Notes under the pieces: model-generated
Database searches by the model: none
Seen by the model: only the letters and a program-made list of their open reading frames with translations
Told to the model about the DNA's origin: nothing
Source: Candidatus Woesearchaeota archaeon
GTDB taxonomy: Archaea > Nanobdellota > Nanobdellia > Woesearchaeales > UBA10216
Direction of reading: 5' to 3'
DNA length: 64,000 bases
Assembly: GCA_016185705.1 (NCBI GenBank)
Contig: JACPMZ010000005.1
Span: 128 to 64,127 of the forward strand
Shown here: positions 57,582 to 64,000 of the stretch, one piece after another
Layout of the letters: every line of letters begins with the position of its first letter
Numbering within the stretch: position 1 is the stretch's first letter
Program-made: the position numbers and the translations under genes

Positions 57582-59056
57582 GATTTCAACCCCGCATTCT
57601 TCATAACCTTAATAACATCCTCATCCGGAACGCTAAGCGAAACAGTGGAGAGCAGGGCAAGATTTTTCTTCAAGCCGATATTTGTGCCTTCAGGCGTCTC
57701 AATCGGGCAAAGCCTGCCAAGATGGGTGCAGTGCAGCTCACGAGCCTCAAAATTTTCCTGAGTGGCAGACAGCGGGCTGATGACGCGCTGAAGGTGCGAA
57801 AGCGTTTCAAGAAAATTAAGCCGCTGAATTCTCTGCGATACGCCCTTCCTCCCGCCCACCCAGGAGCCTGTAGCCATAGAGCTGTACAATCTGGAAGTAA
57901 GCAGCTTCTCCCGGATAATAACCTTAAGCGTCGGAAACTTTCCGCGCTTTACGATTCGCTGAAAATTGTACAGCAAATCGCCGATCAAAACCTTCAGATT
58001 AACCCTCACAAGGTCGGCAAGCAAATCCCCCGAAAGCTTCAGCCGCTTGTTAAGATAATGGTCCTTGTCATCCAGAGGAAGCTCCCCCCGGGCAACCAAA
58101 AGATGCTTTTTTATCATCTTGCACAGGTTATGCGCTTTCGCAATCCGGTCTTTGGCAGCAACGCCAAGGTGAGGCAGCAAATAACTGTCAAGAATGTCCT
58201 TGGTGCGCTCCAAACGAATCTCCTTTGCCTGAGTAATGCCTGCGTGCTTGGCGATGTAATCAACAGCATCTTCCTCGGTCTTTATTTCCGCGGCATCCAT
58301 CAGGTTAACTGCAAGCTCATCAAACTGGCTGTCAGACGACAAAGCATTGGCAATCACCTCATCCTTCAGCATGCCAAGGGCCTTAATAACAATAATTACA
58401 GGAATCCTGCGCACCCTCGTAAAAGTAAGGTAAAGAATGCCGTCCTTCATGTACTCCATAGTATGAGGAATCTTATAAGAGCCGTATTCTGAAAATATCT
58501 TGCCAACAAAACGCGAAGGGCCGACGTTATCGCGCTCAACAACAAACCTGTTGGAGGCAAGGTCCTCAATCTTAACCAATGCCTTCTCTGTCCCGTTAAT
58601 AATAAAGTAACCCCCGGGATCATCAGGGTCCTCGCCGCGCTTAATAAGATCCTCCCGGCTCAGATTGTAAAGGTGGCACTGCTTTGAACGAAGCATAATC
58701 GGAATATTGCCAATCTGAGTCTCGAAGCTCTCACGCTGGGCTCCATTGATGTGCGCGCTTACTGTAATGAACAAAGGCGCAGCATATGTCAGTTTCCGCA
58801 GGCGGGCTTCATTTGGGAAAAGCAGCCGCTTAGAGCCATCGGCCTCAATAATTTCCGGCTTTACAATCCTTACCTTGTCAAACTTGATTTTAAACTCATC
58901 AACATTGGGCGGGATGATAGTAGGCTCAATATCCTTATTCTCCTCAATTATCCTCTGGAGCTCAACATCAATAAAATTATCAAAAGACTCTATGTCTGAC
59001 TTTACAAAGGATTCGTCAGCAAAAAATTTTCCAATAAGCACCTGGCTGTCACTCAT
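57578..59056 (-). CDS. rpoB2: DNA-directed RNA polymerase subunit B'' (N-terminal half of split RpoB)
   Basis: MSDSQVLIGKFFADESFVKSDIESFDNFI... Start trimmed from 59158, which lies inside rpoH, to the ATG at 59054-59056. Confidence 0.95.
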   Translation of the reverse strand: MSDSQVLIGKFFADESFVKSDIESFDNFIDVELQRIIEENKDIEPTIIPPNVDEFKIKFDKVRIVKPEIIEADGSKRLLFPNEARLRKLTYAAPLFITVSAHINGAQRESFETQIGNIPIMLRSKQCHLYNLSREDLIKRGEDPDDPGGYFIINGTEKALVKIEDLASNRFVVERDNVGPSRFVGKIFSEYGSYKIPHTMEYMKDGILYLTFTRVRRIPVIIVIKALGMLKDEVIANALSSDSQFDELAVNLMDAAEIKTEEDAVDYIAKHAGITQAKEIRLERTKDILDSYLLPHLGVAAKDRIAKAHNLCKMIKKHLLVARGELPLDDKDHYLNKRLKLSGDLLADLVRVNLKVLIGDLLYNFQRIVKRGKFPTLKVIIREKLLTSRLYSSMATGSWVGGRKGVSQRIQRLNFLETLSHLQRVISPLSATQENFEARELHCTHLGRLCPIETPEGTNIGLKKNLALLSTVSLSVPDEDVIKVMKNAGLKS

Positions 59057-59288
59057 CAACAACCACCCTGTAAAAAAATGCCTTGCCTGCAGTCGGGCTG
59101 TCCCGCACAATCTCGATAACATCTCCCGGCCTGGCGGATAAGTGAGAAATTCCTGCATCGCTTACCAAAATCTTAGGCAGCCCCTTAAGGGAAACATTAT
59201 AACGCTTAAGCATCTCCTCCTTATCCTTGTCGCCAAGCTTGGAATGCTTTGGAATGAGAACATGCGTGGTAAGGTCGATTTTTTTCAT
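59049..59288 (-). CDS. rpoH: DNA-directed RNA polymerase subunit H (Rpb5-like)
   Basis: 79 aa. HVLIPKHSKL...LPKILVSD...ARPGDVIEIVR.SPTAG. First gene of the rpo operon. Confidence 0.9.
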   Translation of the reverse strand: MKKIDLTTHVLIPKHSKLGDKDKEEMLKRYNVSLKGLPKILVSDAGISHLSARPGDVIEIVRDSPTAGKAFFYRVVVDE

Positions 59289-59307
59289 TTTATCACTCTA
59301 AATCTAA

Positions 59308-59412
59308 TGGGCCGGACGGGACTTTCGACGATTATTCGAACCCGCGACTGCCAGATTAAAAGTCTGGTGCGCTAATTGCCCACATTGCTGTTCCAGGCTG
59401 CGCCACCGGCCC
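59308..59412 (-). tRNA. tRNA-Lys (UUU) with two putative introns (D-loop and after the T-loop)
   Basis: Hand fold: GGGCCGG-TG-GCGC-[AGCCTGG+~16 nt+ATTA]-GCGC-A-CCAGA-CTTTTAA-TCTGG-CAGTC-GCGGG-TTCGAAT-[AATCGTCGAAAGT]-CCCGT-CCGGCCC-A. 105 nt in total, 76 nt after removing the inserts. Confidence 0.7.
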
Positions 59413-59471
59413 AAAGCAAAACGCCCTGGCCGGGACAGACTCACTCTGTTCGTAGCCCCAGCCAAGGCTAA

Positions 59472-59576
59472 CGCCCTGGCCGGGACTTTCCATGCTTAGC
59501 ATATTTGAACCCGGGTCGAAGCCGGTCTGCCTGCGTCGACAGGGCTTCATGATAGGCCAGGCTACACTACCAGGGC
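59472..59576 (-). tRNA. tRNA-Asp (GUC) with two putative introns (canonical 37/38 and after the T-loop)
   Basis: GCCCTGG-TA-GTGTAGCCTGGCCTATCAT-G-AAGCC-CTGTCG[ACGCAGGCAGAC]C-GGCTT-CGAC-CCGGG-TTCAAAT-[ATGCTAAGCATGGAAAGT]-CCCGG-CCAGGGC-G. Confidence 0.7.
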
Positions 59577-59934
59577 AATGCCGAATCCCTCTCCTGACAT
59601 ACTGCTATCTGCCACCAGTTCAGTCAAAGAAGGATTTTGCCAGCATCTGCAAGGAAGAGTAAACAGCTCCTTTATAAAGTTTTCGGAGAATACAGCACTA
59701 TCTAACAGGTGCCATCTTTACTAAGCCAATAAATGCCTTTAATATATTTAAAGGTTGCGTATATGTTTTTTAGAAAATTGTTATTTGGTCATATTGAAAG
59801 TTCATGCGCTCCTGTTTTTTGCAGCTTTCCTGATTTTCCTGTAGCTATAGCAGTATCTCCGCGGCAGCCAAGCTCCCCCCTCGCCTTTCAGCAAAATAGA
59901 AAAGTTTAAATATTACGTTTGTATACAATCGTAA

Positions 59935-60423
59935 ATGTTTGTGTCAAATACGTTGACGCTCGTATTATTAGCCAAGATAAATTGCCTTGAGAAGTTTATT
60001 CAAGTTTCGCCATTAATAGCGATACCAGGCGAAGTAAAAGCAGAGGCAATGTTCGAGAAGGATTCATACTATGCCCGATACATTATGAGATTGATAAACA
60101 GCAAAAAAATAGTTGTGCAAAAGGCCTCTGAACAAAAGGTAAAACAGATAATGGCAGAATTCAGGCTTAACACCGGAGAAGCTGCAGCTTATGCACTGTT
60201 CGACAGAAAAAAACACAAAGCCATCCTAACGGATGACGGAGAACTGATTAAACTATGCAAGTTGGAAGGAGTTCCCTTTATCAGCTCAATGGCAGTCATA
60301 ATTAGCTTACATGAAAAAGGCAAACTGGCGCGGGAAGCGGCGCTGGAAAAGCTTAAAGAACTCAACACGATAGGGAGATATTCAAGTGACCTATATGAAT
60401 ATTTTAAAGCGGAGGTAAAATGA
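59935..60423 (+). CDS. DUF3368-type PIN-like protein (putative toxin)
   Basis: ...TLVLLAKINCLEKF...TGEAAAYAL...ILTDDGELIKLCKLEGVPFISS... TTTAAATA at 59905-59912, 26 nt from the ATG. Confidence 0.65.
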   Translation: MFVSNTLTLVLLAKINCLEKFIQVSPLIAIPGEVKAEAMFEKDSYYARYIMRLINSKKIVVQKASEQKVKQIMAEFRLNTGEAAAYALFDRKKHKAILTDDGELIKLCKLEGVPFISSMAVIISLHEKGKLAREAALEKLKELNTIGRYSSDLYEYFKAEVK

Positions 60424-60426
60424 AAA

Positions 60427-60711
60427 ATGGAAATCGCATCAGCAAGATTAGACACTGAGATGATAGATGCATTCGGCAAGGTCTTGAACCAAAAACGCTC
60501 AGAAGTCATCAGAAACCTTATAGAAACAGGCAAAAAGGAAAAAGCTATCCAGCTATACAGAGAAAAGAAAGTGAGTTTAGGCCTTGCTGCAGAATTAGCA
60601 GGCACGTCTTTAAGCGAATTCATTGACTTGCTTAAAGACCACGACCTCTGCTTAAACCTGGAAAAAGAAGATGTCATAAAAGCGCTGGAAACAGCACGAA
60701 AAGTAATGTAA
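60427..60711 (+). CDS. UPF0175-family putative antitoxin
   Basis: ...YREKKVSLGLAAELAGTSLSEFIDLLKDHDL... Starts 3 nt after the PIN-like gene. Confidence 0.65.
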   Translation: MEIASARLDTEMIDAFGKVLNQKRSEVIRNLIETGKKEKAIQLYREKKVSLGLAAELAGTSLSEFIDLLKDHDLCLNLEKEDVIKALETARKVM

Positions 60712-60733
60712 ATCCCCGCACCCAGACTTTCAG
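60623..60733. repeat. 111-bp perfect direct repeat, copy 1 (3' end of the UPF0175 gene plus 22 nt)
   Basis: Identical character-for-character to 61621-61731 (offset 998 bp). Confidence 0.95.
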
Positions 60734-60743
60734 CAAACTTTTG

Positions 60744-61055
60744 TTATTTTACGACTCTCAACGCTCTACCTAAGCCGCCCTGCAAATCCTCTTTAGTGAA
60801 TTTTGGCCGCAAACCCCTCTTAACCAATTCGTCCATCATCTCGCCCACGCTTAAGCCAGCTATTTCAGCAGCTTCGCTTGTTGATGCTTTTTCTTCGCTG
60901 AACTTATCCAGAGCAGTCTGCAATCTAACCTCAGCAAACCCCTTTTCCAGCGCTTCCCTTATAATTACGGATTTATCAACTAATTCCAGCTTAGCCAATT
61001 TATCAGCTTCCTTAATAAAATCATCCTTCAGCCTTATTGAAATATTCTTCATCAT
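60744..61055 (-). CDS. UPF0175-family putative antitoxin (second copy, divergent sequence)
   Basis: ...FSEEKASTSEAAEIAGLSVGEMMDELVKRGL... 4-nt overlap with 61052..61543. Confidence 0.65.
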   Translation of the reverse strand: MMKNISIRLKDDFIKEADKLAKLELVDKSVIIREALEKGFAEVRLQTALDKFSEEKASTSEAAEIAGLSVGEMMDELVKRGLRPKFTKEDLQGGLGRALRVVK

Positions 61056-61543
61056 TTTAATCCCTCCCTGTAAGTTTTTATTACATCCTTAGCATACCAG
61101 CCATATTCCTCCAAACTATCAAAACATTCAAATGCCTTTTCCTTAGTAATCGCCTTTTTAGCGAAAAGGGATGCAATGACATCCGGCGAAGTAATGTAGC
61201 CAATTCCCAGCGCCTTTGCCGAGTTAAAACATTTTTTGTCATCAGTCAACACCGTGTTCTCAGTTTTATGTACAAGCGAAATAACCTCTAACTCGCCTGC
61301 TTTCAAATTAAATATGTGCTGAATAAAATCTTTAGCCGAATTCTTTGGGGTTGCAAGGCCCAGTTTTTTCTGCTTCACTAACATTTCCACTAACAGGGCA
61401 TCTGCCCTGCCTTTTTCTTTGCCTTTCTCCACTTCATCATAAACACCGTTTGGCACAGTAACCGCATTTCTATCTGCAAACATCTCCAACACGCTCACCT
61501 TAGCTAAAAGGATAAGCGCAGTTGCATCGGCAACAATTGTCAT
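61052..61543 (-). CDS. DUF3368-type PIN-like protein (second copy)
   Basis: MTIVADATALILLAKVSVLEMF...GELEVISL...VLTDDKKCFNSAKALGIGYITS... TATA AATATATAAACC at 61566-61577. Confidence 0.65.
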   Translation of the reverse strand: MTIVADATALILLAKVSVLEMFADRNAVTVPNGVYDEVEKGKEKGRADALLVEMLVKQKKLGLATPKNSAKDFIQHIFNLKAGELEVISLVHKTENTVLTDDKKCFNSAKALGIGYITSPDVIASLFAKKAITKEKAFECFDSLEEYGWYAKDVIKTYREGLK

Positions 61544-61620
61544 GCAGTATCAAATAATGTAATACAAATATATAAACCTTTGCTTTTTGGTTGCTTTGAA
61601 GCGATGAGAATTCTTTATGC

Positions 61621-61731
61621 TTGACTTGCTTAAAGACCACGACCTCTGCTTAAACCTGGAAAAAGAAGATGTCATAAAAGCGCTGGAAACAGCACGAAAA
61701 GTAATGTAAATCCCCGCACCCAGACTTTCAG
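61621..61731. repeat. 111-bp perfect direct repeat, copy 2 (orphan gene fragment)
   Basis: Identical to 60623-60733. Similarity continues imperfectly upstream (GAAGCGATGAGAATTC.. versus TAAGCGAATTC..). Confidence 0.95.
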
Positions 61732-61961
61732 AGCTGCTTTTGAACTGGGAACCATTCGGGCTCAGCTGACTGCATTTCATCCATTCTCAAAAGAGACAGT
61801 CGTGCAGCATCTACAGCCGAACACTCTGCCGTTGAGCTATGCGGGGATGGATATGAAAGTGCATGGTGGTTTATAAAGATTATTGACAAAACTTATTGTT
61901 CAATCTGGGCGTGGTGACTTTTTGGCTGCGCCGCAGAAAAAACAAGCTTTTGTTCCAAGCC

Positions 61962-63398
61962 CTAAGCGCTAACCTCAACCGCTCTTGACCTGGTAACGAG
62001 CTTAGCCCCCCTGGCGCTGAAAAACCTTACGGACACAGGAGCAAGCTTGACAGTGCCGAGAATTACAAGCCGCGTATTCATGTTGTAGCTAAGCATAAGT
62101 TCCTCCCCTTTCTCAAGCGTTTTTATCTCCCATTTGACAATGGTTCGCCTGCCGTCGTTGTATACAGAAGATGGCTTGACTGTGCCGAGGCCATGGTCAA
62201 CCGTAACATCTGCAATAGTGGGTGTTCTGTCGGTAACAGTAATCCTTTCATAAGTGTGCGGGGAGCGATTCCTCAAATGAACAATTATTTTCAGCTCGGA
62301 AATTCCGCCCCCCTTGAGATTGACGACATTGGCCTTCTTGACAGCCACAACAGGGCTCCTGAACAGGTAATAGGCAGCAGCAGCGCCTGCCGACAGAAGG
62401 GCAATAAACAGGATAATGCGGTAGCTGACAGTCCTCGTAACAGCAATGGACTCCTGGGGGCCCAGCGACAGCTGCCACGCAACATACTTTTTGCCATCCT
62501 TGGTTATAGTAAATGAATCAGGCTCAGTGCTGGTAAAAAGCTTTTTCAGGCCTGAAGATTCCAGTTCAACAATTTTGTCGCCGCGAACATTGCCTGTATT
62601 GGCGTAAACGCGTTTTTCCACAGTCCTGAGAAACTGCTTATCAACATCAGCTGACTGAATCTCTATTTCGCCAAACGAGCCAATTTCAAAACGCTCAGTT
62701 ATAACAGGCTCAAGCACATTTCCGTCAGCTATAAGCTGAACAGTCAAAACATCACCCTGAGGCGGGGTTCGCGCATCAAGAACAAATTTCTCTTCAAGCA
62801 CTTTGGACTGCAGCGGCTCCAGGGAAGTAACGACCTCGCGGTTAATCAGATTGCTGGAAAGCAGCACCTTCAGCTCAGGCAGATTCTTCGGGTTGCGGTT
62901 GATAAGGTTGACCTTAACAGTAATGTTCTGCCCGGGATGGATAACCGGGGGAATCTCAACTATGCGGGTTACTGCCGCAAGATATTCCCTTATCAGCGGC
63001 TTCTCAGGACGCACGGTAATGTAAACAGGCACAGTGGCTGAATTTTTGCCCTTCTGCGACTTGACAGCAACATCCACCCTGTACTGGCCATACTCAAGAT
63101 CCTCCAAAGTATTCAGAAGCAGCCTTACAGTCTTTGAATCGCCTGCGCGGATTTCAACGCCTGAGAAGTAATCGTACAGAGGGTCGCTTAGCAAATCCCA
63201 GTAAAGGTCATTGGAGGACATGCGGAAAACATCCTCAGAATCCTGATTGTTGGTAATGCGGATGTCAAATGCTGCCTGCTCTCCCGGAATCACAGACTCA
63301 TGAACAGGAAGGGACTCAACCCCTATCTGGGCAGCAAAAACAGAAGGAACAACAGCCAAAAGCAGCAAAACAGCAAACAACCTCAACCCGCTCACCAT
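61962..63398 (-). CDS. surface protein with a signal peptide, CARDB/NEW3-like beta-sandwich repeats and a TM segment
   Basis: MVSGLRLFAVLLLLAVVPSVFA; IPGEQAAFDIRITNN...; TM IILFIALLSAGAAAAYYLF. TATA at about 63414-63427. Confidence 0.65.
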   Translation of the reverse strand: MVSGLRLFAVLLLLAVVPSVFAAQIGVESLPVHESVIPGEQAAFDIRITNNQDSEDVFRMSSNDLYWDLLSDPLYDYFSGVEIRAGDSKTVRLLLNTLEDLEYGQYRVDVAVKSQKGKNSATVPVYITVRPEKPLIREYLAAVTRIVEIPPVIHPGQNITVKVNLINRNPKNLPELKVLLSSNLINREVVTSLEPLQSKVLEEKFVLDARTPPQGDVLTVQLIADGNVLEPVITERFEIGSFGEIEIQSADVDKQFLRTVEKRVYANTGNVRGDKIVELESSGLKKLFTSTEPDSFTITKDGKKYVAWQLSLGPQESIAVTRTVSYRIILFIALLSAGAAAAYYLFRSPVVAVKKANVVNLKGGGISELKIIVHLRNRSPHTYERITVTDRTPTIADVTVDHGLGTVKPSSVYNDGRRTIVKWEIKTLEKGEELMLSYNMNTRLVILGTVKLAPVSVRFFSARGAKLVTRSRAVEVSA

Positions 63399-63488
63399 GT
63401 AAACTGCGGGATGATAAATATATATAGTTTGCGGTGGAGCGTCGTTTAGTCCGGTAACTCTAAAAGATCCTCCAGAGTTAAGCCAGCA

Positions 63489-63560
63489 TGGGGCTGCCGT
63501 GATTCGAACACGGGTTCTAGCAACCCCAATGCTAGGTGATGCCAGCTACACTACAGCCCC
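63489..63560 (-). tRNA. tRNA-Pro (GGG), intron-less
   Basis: GGGGCTG-TA-GTGT-AGCTGGC-ATCAC-C-TAGCA-TTGGGGT-TGCTA-GAAC-CCGTG-TTCGAAT-CACGG-CAGCCCC-A. Confidence 0.85.
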
Positions 63561-63658
63561 GATAAAATGTAGCGTTGGAAGCGAAGTTAAAAATGTTTTG
63601 TGCTTGAGGCGTCGTTGACAAGTTGCCTTCACCACTGCTTTTATTCTGCCCGTGCTGA

Positions 63659-63693
63659 TTTTCCCCTCCCTTGCTATTTAAGGGAGGGGAAAA
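63659..63693. repeat. CCCCTCCC/GGGAGGGG-core hairpin, 14-bp perfect stem
   Basis: TTTTCCCCTCCCTT / AAGGGAGGGGAAAA. A degenerate second copy lies at about 63757-63803. Confidence 0.85.
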
Positions 63694-63840
63694 CAACCTG
63701 CGCGCATGAACTTTTCAATATCGCCGTGCTTGAATGCAGCTAAACGCATTTTTCTTCTCCGCGCTTTTTTCCTTCCCCTGAAGTTAATGGAGAAAATGGA
63801 GCGTAGCAGAAGCAAAGCAAAAATACATCCCGGAAGATGC

Positions 63841-64000
63841 TCAAACAATCCTCGAAACATGCTGCTGCTTGACAACCCTGATTAAGTGCTCAACAAAGCT
63901 CTCAATCTTTGATTCGTGGCTCACCACAATTATCTGCGGAAGCTGCAGCTGGTCAAGCACATCCCTGACCTTTTCCAGCTGCTCTGAGCTGAAGCCGTCA
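63841..64000 (-). CDS. C-terminal end of a Rad50/SMC-type ABC ATPase (partial)
   Basis: Hand translation: ..DGFSSEQLEKVRDVLDQLQLPQIIVVSHESKIESFVEHLIRVVKQQHVSRIV*. This is the post-D-loop/H-loop region (VVSHE) typical of Rad50/SbcC-like proteins. Confidence 0.55.
   Translation of the reverse strand, partial: DGFSSEQLEKVRDVLDQLQLPQIIVVSHESKIESFVEHLIRVVKQQHVSRIV

Noticed and set aside
59057-59158. ORF-track N-terminal extension of rpoB'' into rpoH.
   Set aside because: The conserved B'' N-terminus begins at MSDSQVLIGKFF. The extension lies entirely inside the rpoH coding sequence.
1-64000. Search for rRNA genes, CRISPR arrays, cas genes and integrase genes.
   Set aside because: I recognised none on either strand. 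The absence of an integrase weakens, but does not exclude, the integration interpretations given for the islands.

Overview
Archaeal chromosomal segment. The diagnostic genes are a split rpoB inside an rpoH-B''-B'-A'-A'' operon, a family-B DNA polymerase, r-proteins L10e/L15e/L30e/S12, an archaeal KH-type NusA and an Lhr helicase. Many genes have a TTTAAATA-type TATA box about 26 nt upstream of the ATG, which implies largely leaderless mRNAs. I used that spacing to correct several ORF-track starts. A small-genome uncultivated lineage (DPANN-like) is plausible, but that is inference only.

Between the housekeeping genes there are four kinds of accessory content:
- A four-gene, translationally coupled operon of giant secreted proteins (24314..37432). 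One member looks like a polymorphic toxin: an AT-rich C-terminal tip with a PD-(D/E)xK-type motif, followed by an overlapping candidate immunity gene. Another member is a 2407-aa S8 protease ending in a dockerin. I consider this the most interesting candidate system in the window.
- Low-GC islands: a restriction-modification cassette plus a decayed transposase inserted between rpoA'' and rpl30e, a complete IS with an 8-bp target duplication, and two PIN-like/UPF0175 toxin-antitoxin pairs, one of them bracketed by perfect 111-bp direct repeats.
- Families of intergenic palindromic repeats: CCCTCCC/GGGAGGG-core hairpins, a TGTCAGAAAC module and MITE-like units.
- Two tRNA genes that each appear to carry two introns, including a shared T-arm intron. 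They sit directly upstream of rpoH.

I found no rRNA gene and no CRISPR array. All domain calls come from motif recognition by eye. No database search was run.
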